The notes: generated by a model from the sequence alone, not told the origin. A DNA stretch of 64,000 nt from Tagaea sp. (GCA_965279525.1 CBDIIB010000005.1:32001-96000); one strand, 5' to 3'. Numbered from the stretch's first letter, positions 39,176 through 48,077 are shown. Program-made: numbers and translations.

Positions 39176-39763
39176 ATGCAAGGGCGGCGCGAATTCCTCG
39201 CCGTCGCGGGCACGCTCGGGGCCGGCCTCGTCGCCGGCCCCGGAGCCGCCCAGTCGCGCCTTTCGCCCACGCCCGCCGACGTCGAGGGGCCGTTCTATCC
39301 GACCCGCCTGCCGGCCGATGCCGACGGGGATCTCGTCAGGCTCGCCGGCGCCGCCCGCGAGGCGGAGGGACGCCGCCTGCATATCCGCGGTGTGGTGCGC
39401 GCGACCGACGGCGCGCCGCTTGCCGGCGCCACGGTCGAGATCTGGCAGACCGACGCGCGCGGCAACTACATCCATCCGCAAGGTGCGATCGCCGGCCCGC
39501 GCGACGAGGCGTTCCAGGGCTATGGCCGTGCGGTCGCGGACGCGGCCGGGGCCTATTCGTTCCGCACGATCCTGCCGGTCGCCTATCGCGGCCGCCCGCC
39601 GCACGTGCATTTCCGCGTCACCGCCGCCGGGCGGCGCGTCTTGACGACACAGCTGTATTTCGTGCCGGGCACGGCACGAAGAGAGCTCACGGTGCCGCCG
39701 GTGGCCCTTGCCGGTGCCGAACCCGAAGCGCTGCTGTCGGCCTTCGACATCGTTCTGGCCTAG
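39176..39763 (+). CDS. Intradiol ring-cleavage dioxygenase-like protein with Tat signal
   Basis: GRREFL twin-arginine signal, EGPFYP, VEIWQ, Y.GRPPHVH. Confidence 0.85.
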   Translation: MQGRREFLAVAGTLGAGLVAGPGAAQSRLSPTPADVEGPFYPTRLPADADGDLVRLAGAAREAEGRRLHIRGVVRATDGAPLAGATVEIWQTDARGNYIHPQGAIAGPRDEAFQGYGRAVADAAGAYSFRTILPVAYRGRPPHVHFRVTAAGRRVLTTQLYFVPGTARRELTVPPVALAGAEPEALLSAFDIVLA

Positions 39764-39792
39764 CCGGAGCCGAGCGGCTAGTTTCCCGCCGC

Positions 39793-40116
39793 ATGGACAC
39801 AATGCGCATCCGCGGTCTTGAAGACGGTCGCGCGGCCCTCGCCGCGGCGAAGGTGCTTGGGGCCCGTGTGACGCTTGCCAGCATTCCCGACGGGGCGCTG
39901 TCGGCCGGGCCGCAATGGTTCGCGAGCCTGTCGACCACGCTTTCAGCCGAGTTTCCCGAAACGCTGGCCGAACTCGTCCTCGATTGCGGCGACAGCCCGG
40001 GGGCGGCCCTCGGCGCGTTGCGCAGCGGGATCGGCGCCATTTCCTACGACGGTCCGGACCGGGCGCGCATGGAAGCGCTGGCGGCATCGCTGGGGGCGAG
40101 GCTCGTCGATGTCTGA
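39793..40116 (+). CDS. Small protein resembling the N-terminal part of class II fructose-bisphosphate aldolase
   Basis: AALAAA...VTL...VLDCGD.PG.ALGALRSG pattern; overlaps epmA start. Confidence 0.6.
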   Translation: MDTMRIRGLEDGRAALAAAKVLGARVTLASIPDGALSAGPQWFASLSTTLSAEFPETLAELVLDCGDSPGAALGALRSGIGAISYDGPDRARMEALAASLGARLVDV

Positions 40117-41218
40117 GCCCGTCGCAAAGCTCGGCCCCGCCCCGTGGTGGCGGCCCGACCGCTTCGCCATGCGGCGCGAGAACCTCGCCAAGCGCCAGCT
40201 GGTGCTGCGCGCCACGCGCGCGTTCTTCGAGGGCGAAGGCTTCGACGAGGTCGAGACGCCCGCCCTGCAGGTGTCGCCCGGCCTGGAGCCGCACCTGATG
40301 GCGTTCCAGACCGTGCTGCGCGATCCGGGCGAGCGGCTGACGCGCCGGCTCTATCTGCACACCAGCCCCGAATTCGCGATGAAGAAGCTGCTCGCGGCGG
40401 GCATGACGAAGATCTGGCAGCTCGCGCGCTGCTATCGCAACGCCGAACGCTCGGCCACGCACCATCCCGAATTCGCGATGCTCGAATGGTACCGCGCCGA
40501 CGCGGACTACACGGCGCTGATGGACGATTGCGAAGGCCTGCTGCGCGCGGCAGCCCGCGCCGTCGGCATCGAGCGGTTCGAGCGCGGCACCAACGTGTCG
40601 AATCCGTTCGGGCCGTTCGAGCGGCTGACCGTGGCCGAGGCCTTCGCGCGCTATTGCGGGCTCGACCTGCTGGCGGCCGCACCCGATCCGGCAAAGCCGG
40701 GCGACGACGTGGCCGCCCTCGACCGGCTCGCGGCGGCCGCACGCCCGCTCAACCTGGTCCCGCATGCCGGCGACCGCTGGGACGATTTCTTCTTCCGGCT
40801 GTTCTTCGAGCATGTCGAGCCGCGACTGGGCATGGTGCGCCCGACGATCCTCCACGAATGGCCCATCACGATGGCCGCACTCGCGCGCGCCAAGCCCGGC
40901 GAGCCGCGCGTGGCCGAGCGTTTCGAGCTTTACGTGTGTGGCGTGGAGCTCGCCAACGCGTTCGGCGAGCTGACGGACGCGAGCGAGCAGCGCCGCCGCT
41001 TCGAGGCCGACCAGGCGCTGAAGGCCAAGCTCTATCGCGAGCGCTATCCGATCGACGAGGATTTCCTTGCCGCACTGGCGCACGGCCTGCCGCCATCGGC
41101 GGGCATCGCGTTGGGCTTCGACCGGCTGGTGATGCTGGCGACGGGGGCGAGCCACATCGAGGACACGATCTGGGCGCCGGTGGCGCTTGCCGGCTTCGAC
41201 GATCCGGGGGCGCGCTGA
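40109..41218 (+). CDS. epmA: EF-P lysine aminoacylase
   Basis: LHTSPEFAMKKLL, HHPEFAMLEWY, ERFELY, ELANAF, GFDRL. Confidence 0.95.
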   Translation: MSEPVAKLGPAPWWRPDRFAMRRENLAKRQLVLRATRAFFEGEGFDEVETPALQVSPGLEPHLMAFQTVLRDPGERLTRRLYLHTSPEFAMKKLLAAGMTKIWQLARCYRNAERSATHHPEFAMLEWYRADADYTALMDDCEGLLRAAARAVGIERFERGTNVSNPFGPFERLTVAEAFARYCGLDLLAAAPDPAKPGDDVAALDRLAAAARPLNLVPHAGDRWDDFFFRLFFEHVEPRLGMVRPTILHEWPITMAALARAKPGEPRVAERFELYVCGVELANAFGELTDASEQRRRFEADQALKAKLYRERYPIDEDFLAALAHGLPPSAGIALGFDRLVMLATGASHIEDTIWAPVALAGFDDPGAR

Positions 41219-42249
41219 TGGACGGCAGCCAGCGCCGCACGCTTCGCACGGCCGCCGACCTCGCGCGCGAGGGGCTGGCGGACGCTGCCGCAATCGAGGC
41301 CGTCGCCAAGCGCTACGCGATCGGCATCACGCCGCACGTGCTCGACCTCATTGACCGCGCCGATCCGGCCGATTCGGTGGCCGCCCAATACGTGCCGAGC
41401 GAAGCGGAGCTGGAAACGACGCCGGACGAACGCGCCGACCCCATCGGCGACGACGCGCACAGCCCGGTCAAGGGCATCGTCCACCGCTACAGGGACCGGG
41501 CCCTGCTGAAGCCCACGCATGCCTGTGCCGTCTATTGCCGCTTCTGCTTCCGGCGCGAGATGGTCGGCCCTGGCGGGACGGCGCTCGACGCCGATGAGCT
41601 TGCGCAGGCCGTGGCACACATCCGTGCCACGCCCGCGATCCGCGAAGTGATCCTGACCGGCGGTGATCCGCTGGTGCTGAGCGCGCGCCGCCTCGCAGCC
41701 CTGCTGGCCGAGCTTGCCGCCATCGATCATGTCGACTGGATCCGCATCCACAGCCGCATCCCCGTCGCGGATCCCGCCCGCATCACCGACGAACTTGTCG
41801 CGGCACTCAAGACGACCAAGGCCGTGTGGCTCGCGGTCCATGTCAACCACGCCAACGAGCTTTCGCCCGAAGCGATCGCGGCGTGCGCGAAGCTCGTCGA
41901 TGCCGGCATTCCGCTGATCGGCCAGACCGTGCTGCTGAAGGGTGTCAACGACGACGCCGACACGCTCGACACGCTGTTCCGCGCGCTCGTGAAGAACCGC
42001 ATCAAGCCCTACTACCTGCATCACGGCGATCTCGCCCCCGGCACATCGCATTTCCGCACGACACTCGAGCACGGCCAGGGCCTGATGCGCGAGCTGCGCG
42101 CGCGTCTTTCCGGTCTCGCACAGCCGGTCTACGTGCTCGACATTCCGGGCGGTGCCGGCAAGGTACCGGTCGGGCCGTCCTACATTTCAGATGACGGCAC
42201 GGTCGCGGATCCGAACGGCGGCAGGCATGTTTATCCGCCGTCGCAATAA
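41218..42249 (+). CDS. epmB: Lysine 2,3-aminomutase-like radical SAM enzyme
   Basis: HRY, CAVYCRFC, LTGGDPL; coupled to epmA. Confidence 0.9.
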   Translation: MDGSQRRTLRTAADLAREGLADAAAIEAVAKRYAIGITPHVLDLIDRADPADSVAAQYVPSEAELETTPDERADPIGDDAHSPVKGIVHRYRDRALLKPTHACAVYCRFCFRREMVGPGGTALDADELAQAVAHIRATPAIREVILTGGDPLVLSARRLAALLAELAAIDHVDWIRIHSRIPVADPARITDELVAALKTTKAVWLAVHVNHANELSPEAIAACAKLVDAGIPLIGQTVLLKGVNDDADTLDTLFRALVKNRIKPYYLHHGDLAPGTSHFRTTLEHGQGLMRELRARLSGLAQPVYVLDIPGGAGKVPVGPSYISDDGTVADPNGGRHVYPPSQ

Positions 42250-42334
42250 CATTTACTGAATACAATCATAGGGCGTTGACGAATCGGTAACCAAAAGTGC
42301 ATTCCCCGTTGCGTACCGAACGGGGGAACGTCCG

Positions 42335-43066
42335 ATTCATTTCGCCGGCAAACCGAGGCTCCAGGCACCCGCCGCGGCGACCGCGCGCGGCTGGTTCGAC
42401 TTCGAAGGTGCTGTCGGCAGCGGCCATTCGAATTCGCGCCAGGACGCCATCCGTCTCGAAGGCATCCTTGCCAACAGCGGCGATCTCGACCTCGTCGCGT
42501 CGGACGGGCCGACCGGCCATTGGGGCGCTGCCCTCGACCGGGCGATCCGCCGCTACCAGCACCGCCACCGCCTGCATGTCGACGGCATCCTGCGGCCGGG
42601 CGGTCAGACGCTGGCGCTGATGTACGCGACGATGGCGCGCGCACTCGACGGCCTTTCCGTGCCGACGCCCGAGGAGATCGACCGCCACCACGCGTCGATG
42701 GCGGCGGGAACGGGCCCGCGCATCGCCATCGTGCCGCAGGTCAAGCTGCTGGCGATCCAGGACCTGCCCGACGTGTCCGACGCCGACCGTGCGGCGAACG
42801 CAGCCCAGATCGACTGGATGCTGCACAACTGGACCGGCCTTGGCGGCGTTCCGTCGCATCTGGCGTTCTACGTGGTCAGCCGCGGGCGCGCGGGCGTGGC
42901 GCAGGTGCGCGATTTCATCAAGCAGTACGCCGCCGTCCGCCCGCACGCGACCGACATCCTCGTCTTCGCGATCCTGCGCGCCCTGCCTGACAACGCGGCC
43001 CGCGTGCGCTTCGTCGGCGGCGCCCCCGGCGGCTTCCGCCCGGCGGGCACGCGGCTGGTGCGGTAG
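42335..43066 (+). CDS. Peptidoglycan-binding-domain protein; probable ATT start or damaged start
   Basis: Frame open from 42272; GPTGHWGAALDRAIRRYQHRHRLHVDGILRPGGQT lies upstream of first ATG (42620); GGGGGA 7 nt before ATT. Confidence 0.65.
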   Translation: MHFAGKPRLQAPAAATARGWFDFEGAVGSGHSNSRQDAIRLEGILANSGDLDLVASDGPTGHWGAALDRAIRRYQHRHRLHVDGILRPGGQTLALMYATMARALDGLSVPTPEEIDRHHASMAAGTGPRIAIVPQVKLLAIQDLPDVSDADRAANAAQIDWMLHNWTGLGGVPSHLAFYVVSRGRAGVAQVRDFIKQYAAVRPHATDILVFAILRALPDNAARVRFVGGAPGGFRPAGTRLVR

Positions 43067-43098
43067 GCGTCTGGCGTAAATCTTCTGGGCTAATATTC

Positions 43099-43155
43099 TT
43101 GACAATCTGAAGATGTTCCGACATCGTCAGAGCCAGTCAGGCGTGCTCTTTGACA
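43099..43155 (+). promoter_or_regulatory. Sigma70-like promoter followed by boxA-like antitermination motif
   Basis: TTGACA-N17-CATCGT; TGCTCTTTGACA at 43144-43155 versus boxA TGCTCTTTAACA. Confidence 0.55.
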
Positions 43156-43230
43156 TGGTGAAAAGGCCGCACCATGCCGGGTGATCGAGACCGGATAACC
43201 GGGTGCGGCCGGTTCTGACTACAAAATCCC

Positions 43231-43435
43231 GAAAACGCGCGCGACGTCTCCGTCTCATCGATGAATTCGAGACGGATCAACGGGTTGGCGAGGAGACGGT
43301 AACGTCCCGTCTCCTCCCGTCTCGCAAATCTTGCGTCAACTGAAACGCGAAGACGTAAACGTCAACGCGTTGCGCATCAACGGGTTGGCCAGTTGACGGT
43401 CAACTTGCGTCAACGCCCGTCAACCAAACTTTGCG
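43231..43435. repeat. Two-unit tandem repeat, 100-bp period, with IHF-like core and swapped internal motif
   Basis: ATCAACGGGTTGGC at 43276 and 43376; CGTCTC copies in unit 1 correspond to CGTCAA copies in unit 2. Confidence 0.85.
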
Positions 43436-43442
43436 GAGCCCT

Positions 43443-44126
43443 TCAGCCGATATCGCCCGCCGTGTTGGTGTGCGACAGGTTGTAAATCCCCCGGATCGCA
43501 CCGGCCCTTGCACCCGCCGCGATCAGCGCGCCGTCGCCCAGCTCCACCTGCGCCAGATGTTCGAGCGCGCCCCGGTCGTAGCCGCACGCGACGAAGATCC
43601 AGTCGGCCACCGCATCGGCACCGCCCCGGATCTTCTGCTCGGTCGTGGCGGCGATCTTCGGGGTCTGCGTCTCAAGCAGGTGGCCTGCCGTCGTGCCGGC
43701 GCGCGCGGCGACGAGCTTCGCAAGGCCGCGCAGATGGTCGCGCAGTTTCGGTGCGGCACCCTCGGCGGGCGACAGCCGCACCGTCAGCGCGTGGCGTGCC
43801 AGCGCCCCACCGTGGCTTTCCAGCACGCGGCACTGGCTGCGCACCATGTTGCGGTGGTGCGGCATCATTTTCGTCGACCAGGGCGTGGGCGCGTTGAGGC
43901 GCTTGAGGTACCCGTCCGACACCAGCGTCTCGTAGGCCTCGAGCTCGTACATCACGAAGTAGCCGTCGCCGCCGTCGGCCGCCGCCCAGCGCGCCCCGCG
44001 CAGGAACCCCGGCACCGACATCCGCTCGGGGAAATGCTCGTGGCTGTGCCAGTTCTCGAATTCCGCGCGATGGGCGGGTGCGATGTCCCACCACATCGCG
44101 ACCGCACCCTTGCCGAGCAGCGCCAT
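43443..44126 (-). CDS. Hypothetical protein, EthD/DUF4286-like dimeric alpha-beta barrel
   Basis: EFENWHSHEHFPERMSVPGFLRGARW...YFVMYE. Confidence 0.7.
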   Translation of the reverse strand: MALLGKGAVAMWWDIAPAHRAEFENWHSHEHFPERMSVPGFLRGARWAAADGGDGYFVMYELEAYETLVSDGYLKRLNAPTPWSTKMMPHHRNMVRSQCRVLESHGGALARHALTVRLSPAEGAAPKLRDHLRGLAKLVAARAGTTAGHLLETQTPKIAATTEQKIRGGADAVADWIFVACGYDRGALEHLAQVELGDGALIAAGARAGAIRGIYNLSHTNTAGDIG

Positions 44127-44129
44127 CTT

Positions 44130-44879
44130 CTAGGCGGCCATCTTCACGAACGACGCGAGATCGTCGGCGAGGTCCGCCACGGCCGCGTCCCACAGCCGCT
44201 TGCCCGCCTCGATCGACGACAGGCTCGGGTTCGAGCCGATGCGCCCGTCGGGGAAGTTGCGCCGGTAGTCGTTCGCGTCGGTGAACTCGCCGCGCGGGGC
44301 GACCTCCGGGCTCATCTTCATGTGGCGCACGGCTTCCGGGTAGACCGCCCAGGTGAGCGAGACTTCCGACGGCGTGGCGTGGCTGCCTTCCTGGTCGCCA
44401 TAGAGCTCGCGGCTGATCGCCTTCACCTTCCCGCTGTCGTACCAGTTGCGCAGGCGGCAGCGCACCGCCGGCCGGTTCGACGCGCGCATCAGCGAAGCTT
44501 CCGCGTAGATCTCGGAGAACGCCGAGCTGAACGGCGCCACGTTGCCGCCATGCCCGTTGACGAAATAGAAATGCGTGAAGCCGTGGCGCGCGAGGCTTTC
44601 CACGTTGTCCTTCACGACCGCGATCAGCGTCGAGGGCCGCAGCGTCATCGAGCCCGCGAACGCCAGATGGTGCTGCGCCATGCCGACCGCGATGGTGGGG
44701 GCGACGAGCGTGCCGGTCTTCTCGCCCAGCTTCCGGCCGACCGCCTCGCCGCAGATCGCGTCGGTGCCGATCAGGCCGTTGGGGCCGTGCTGTTCGGTCG
44801 AACCGATCGGGATGATGATCGCGGTCGATTTCTTCAGGTAGGCCTCGACCTCCTGCCAGGTCTGCATGTGGAGCAGCAT
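44130..44879 (-). CDS. Creatininase family protein
   Basis: PIGSTEQHGP, GTD, NGHGGN, HA..SE. Confidence 0.92.
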   Translation of the reverse strand: MLLHMQTWQEVEAYLKKSTAIIIPIGSTEQHGPNGLIGTDAICGEAVGRKLGEKTGTLVAPTIAVGMAQHHLAFAGSMTLRPSTLIAVVKDNVESLARHGFTHFYFVNGHGGNVAPFSSAFSEIYAEASLMRASNRPAVRCRLRNWYDSGKVKAISRELYGDQEGSHATPSEVSLTWAVYPEAVRHMKMSPEVAPRGEFTDANDYRRNFPDGRIGSNPSLSSIEAGKRLWDAAVADLADDLASFVKMAA

Positions 44880-45024
44880 CGCGCGTCAAATCCTTCCGGA
44901 ATCCGAGGAACTTGGGACGCGGATGATCGCGCCGTTCGGTCCTCTCGACAAGGGGAAGCCGACGGGCTAGAAGCCGCACGTATTTCGGCACCCCCAGCGG
45001 TGCGATTCCCGTCAGGAGCGTCCC

Positions 45025-45939
45025 TTGAAAGTCACCCAGAAGGTCAAGAAGATCCTCGCCAACTACGAGAGCGACAATCCGGGCACGAAGACGAACCTTG
45101 CCCGCCTCCTGATGACCGGCAAGCTCGCCGGCACGGGCAAGCTGGTGATCCTGCCCGTCGACCAGGGCTTCGAGCACGGCCCCGCCCGCTCGTTCGCGCC
45201 CAACCCCGACGCCTACGACCCGCACTATCACTACCAGCTCGCGATCGACGCCGGCTGCAACGCCTACGCCGCCCCGCTCGGGCCGCTCGAAGCCGGTGCC
45301 GACACGTTCGCGGGTGCCATCCCGACGATCCTCAAGATGAACTCGTCGAACTCGATCGCGACGATCAAGGACCAGGCCGTCACGGCGTCGATCGGCGATG
45401 CGCTGCGCCTGGGCTGCTCGGCCATCGGCTTCACGATCTATCCGGGTGCCGAAGACCAGTTCGAGATGATGGAAGAGATCCGCGAACTCGCCGAAGAGGC
45501 GAAGTCGGTCGGCCTCGCCGTCGTCATGTGGTCGTATCCGCGCGGCGGCAAGCTCGACAAGGCGGGCGAGACGGCGCTCGACATCACGGCCTATGCCGCC
45601 CATCTCGCGGCATTGCTGGGCGCGCACATCATCAAGGTGAAGCCGCCCACATCCGTGCTGTGGCAGCCCGAGGCGAAGGCCGCCTACGAGAAGGCCGGCG
45701 TGGACATCTCGACCCTCGACAAGCGCATCGCGCACGTCATGCAGTCGTCCTTCGCCGGACGGCGCATCGTCGTGTTCTCGGGCGGGGAAGCGAAGGACGA
45801 GGCAACACTGTTGACCGAGATCAAGGCACTGCGCGACGGCGGGGCCTCGGGCTCGATCGTCGGGCGCAATGCTTTCCAGCGCAAGCGCGAGGACGCGATC
45901 GCGCTGCTCGGCAAGATCATCGACATCTACAAGAGCTGA
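45025..45939 (+). CDS. fbaB: Class I fructose-bisphosphate aldolase (DhnA/FbaB type)
   Basis: ILPVDQGFEHGP, WSYPRG, AHIIKVK, GRNAFQ; TTG start after AGGAG. Confidence 0.92.
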   Translation: MKVTQKVKKILANYESDNPGTKTNLARLLMTGKLAGTGKLVILPVDQGFEHGPARSFAPNPDAYDPHYHYQLAIDAGCNAYAAPLGPLEAGADTFAGAIPTILKMNSSNSIATIKDQAVTASIGDALRLGCSAIGFTIYPGAEDQFEMMEEIRELAEEAKSVGLAVVMWSYPRGGKLDKAGETALDITAYAAHLAALLGAHIIKVKPPTSVLWQPEAKAAYEKAGVDISTLDKRIAHVMQSSFAGRRIVVFSGGEAKDEATLLTEIKALRDGGASGSIVGRNAFQRKREDAIALLGKIIDIYKS

Positions 45940-45944
45940 TCGAC

Positions 45945-46589
45945 GTGGCGCTCCACAAGACGCGCCTCTATCTGATCACGCCGCCGGAACTCGATCCGGC
46001 GGCGTTTTCGCCTCTGCTCGAAGCGGCACTGGATGCTGGCGACGTCGCGTGCCTGCAACTGCGCCTCAAGGGCGCTTCCGACGACGCGATCCGCGCGGCC
46101 GCATCCGTGCTGATGCCGATCGCGCACAAATACAATGTCGCCTTCCTGATGAACGACCGCGCCGATCTGGCCAAAGAACTCGACTGCGACGGCGTGCATA
46201 TCGGGCAAGAGGACGGCAGCCTCGCCGACGCGCGCGCCCTGCTCGGCAAGGAGCGCATCGTCGGCGTGACGTGCCATGCCTCGCGCGATCTCGGGTTCGA
46301 GGCGGCCGAGGGCGGGGCCGATTATGTGGCCTTCGGCGCCTTCTTCCCGTCGGCGACCAAGCCCGACCCGAAGGGCCAGGCGGAGTTCGATCTCGTCGCC
46401 GACTGGACCAGCCACGTGACGGTCCCGTGCGTCGCCATCGGCGGGATCAGCCCTGAAAACTGCGGCCCGCTCGTCGAAGCGGGGGCCGATTTCCTCGCCG
46501 TTTCCGGTGCCATCTGGAATCATGCGCAAGGCCCGGCCGCAGCGGTTAAAGCCTTCCTCGACGCGATTTCCAAGCACAAGCCGCGTTGA
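45945..46589 (+). CDS. thiE: Thiamine-phosphate synthase
   Basis: LYLIT, QLRLK, NDR, DGVHIGQED, VAIGGI. Confidence 0.93.
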   Translation: MALHKTRLYLITPPELDPAAFSPLLEAALDAGDVACLQLRLKGASDDAIRAAASVLMPIAHKYNVAFLMNDRADLAKELDCDGVHIGQEDGSLADARALLGKERIVGVTCHASRDLGFEAAEGGADYVAFGAFFPSATKPDPKGQAEFDLVADWTSHVTVPCVAIGGISPENCGPLVEAGADFLAVSGAIWNHAQGPAAAVKAFLDAISKHKPR

Positions 46590-46675
46590 TTGCCTTTGTG
46601 ACCCCATGCTGCTAGCTTCCCGGCCGCTTTCAGGGGCCGACGGCGGCCGCCTTCCAACGGGATTCGGGATTTAAA

Positions 46676-47242
46676 ATGAAGATCATCGGCAGTGCGATCC
46701 GCCAGGGCAACGTCATCGAAGTCGACGGCAAGATGTGGCGCGTGGTGAAGCACAACATCGTCAGCCCCGGCAAGGGCGGTGCCTTCAACCAGATCGAGAT
46801 CCGCGACGTCAAGACCGGCACCAAGTCGAACATGAAGTTCCGCTCGGACGAGACGTGCGAGCTGCTGCGCGTCGAGGAAAAGGACCTGCAGTTCCTGTTC
46901 AAGGACGGCGAGCAGTACACGTTCATGGACAACCAGTCCTACGAGCAGATCAGCATCTCCGAGGAGATGATCGGCGATCCGGCCGCGTTCCTGACCGACA
47001 ACATGGTCGTCTCGGTGCAGTTCATCGAAGGCACGCCCGTGGGCGTCGAGCTGCCGACCACGACGATCTGCACGATCGTCGAGGCCGACGCGGTCGTGAA
47101 GGGCCAGACGGCGGCTTCGTCCTATAAGCCCGCTTTGCTCGACAACGGCGTCAAGGTCGGCGTGCCGCCCTTCGTGGCCGCCGGCGAGCGAATCGTCGTC
47201 AACATCGCGGAGCGCGCCTACGTCGAACGGGCGAAGGACTGA
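46676..47242 (+). CDS. efp: Elongation factor P
   Basis: PGKGGAF loop (Lys, EpmA type), KGQTAASSYKPA, YVERA. Confidence 0.97.
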   Translation: MKIIGSAIRQGNVIEVDGKMWRVVKHNIVSPGKGGAFNQIEIRDVKTGTKSNMKFRSDETCELLRVEEKDLQFLFKDGEQYTFMDNQSYEQISISEEMIGDPAAFLTDNMVVSVQFIEGTPVGVELPTTTICTIVEADAVVKGQTAASSYKPALLDNGVKVGVPPFVAAGERIVVNIAERAYVERAKD

Positions 47243-47264
47243 GCCGGTCGGCAGGTCCAGCACG

Positions 47265-48077
47265 ATGCGCGCCACCTCGCACTCCGCCCTCTTCACCGTC
47301 ATGGAGCGTGCCGCCCGCAAGGCCGGCCGCCAGCTCGCGCGCGACTTCGGCGAGGTCGAGAACCTCCAGGTCTCGGTCAAGAGCCCCAGCGACTTCGTCT
47401 CGACCGCCGACCTCGCCTCGGAGCGCACGATCCGCGCCGAGCTCGAGCGCGCGCGCCCCGGCTTCTCGTTCCTGATGGAAGAAGGCGGCGTGGTCACCGG
47501 CAAGGATCCCGACCATGTCTGGATCATCGACCCGCTCGACGGCACGACCAACTTCCTGCATTCCGACCCGCACTTCTGCATATCGATGGCGCTCGCGCAC
47601 AAGGGCGAGTTGCTCGCGGGCCTGATCTACAATCCCGTGCTCGACGAGCTCTACTGGGCCGAGAAGGGCAAGGGCGCTTTCCTCAACAGCCGGCGCCTGC
47701 GCGTGTCGGGACGGCGCGACATGGGCGAAGCACTCATCGGCACCGGCATCCCGTTCCGCGGCCGCGGCGACCACGCGCACTACCTGAAGCTCCTCGGCAC
47801 GACGATGGACAAGGTCGCCGGCATCCGCCGGGCCGGTGCCGCCGCCCTCGACCTTGCCTACGTGGCCGCCGGGCGGCTCGACGGCTTCTTCGAGATCGGC
47901 CTCAACAAGTGGGACATCGCGGCCGGAATCCTGCTGATCCGGGAGGCCGGCGGATTCGTCGGCGACCTCGACGGCGGCCCGGACGCGCTGGAAACCGGCA
48001 ACATCGTGGCCGGCAACGCCAAGCTTTTCGAACCGTTGGGTAAAATGCTCGTCGCCGCCGGCGGATCGGGCAAGTAA
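47265..48077 (+). CDS. suhB: Inositol monophosphatase family protein
   Basis: WIIDPLDGTTNF, RRAGAAALDL, WDIAAG. Confidence 0.92.
   Translation: MRATSHSALFTVMERAARKAGRQLARDFGEVENLQVSVKSPSDFVSTADLASERTIRAELERARPGFSFLMEEGGVVTGKDPDHVWIIDPLDGTTNFLHSDPHFCISMALAHKGELLAGLIYNPVLDELYWAEKGKGAFLNSRRLRVSGRRDMGEALIGTGIPFRGRGDHAHYLKLLGTTMDKVAGIRRAGAAALDLAYVAAGRLDGFFEIGLNKWDIAAGILLIREAGGFVGDLDGGPDALETGNIVAGNAKLFEPLGKMLVAAGGSGK

Noticed and set aside
42297-42620. 107-aa ORF from the track
   Set aside because: Ser/Arg/Ala-rich shadow; the overlapping frame carries the PG-binding motif.
43104-43129. LexA box in the promoter of the repeat block (AATC-N7-GTTC or GTTC-N7-GTCA)
   Set aside because: Two mismatches in either register; too weak to call.
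43245-43424. CGTCTC and GTCAAC equal Esp3I/BsmBI and HincII sites (cloning scar or restriction decoy)
   Set aside because: No synthetic context and no R-M genes in the window; treated as coincidence, though not excluded.
43231-43435. CRISPR array interpretation of the repeats
   Set aside because: Only two units, longest identical stretch 14 bp, intervening sequence homologous rather than unique, no cas genes.
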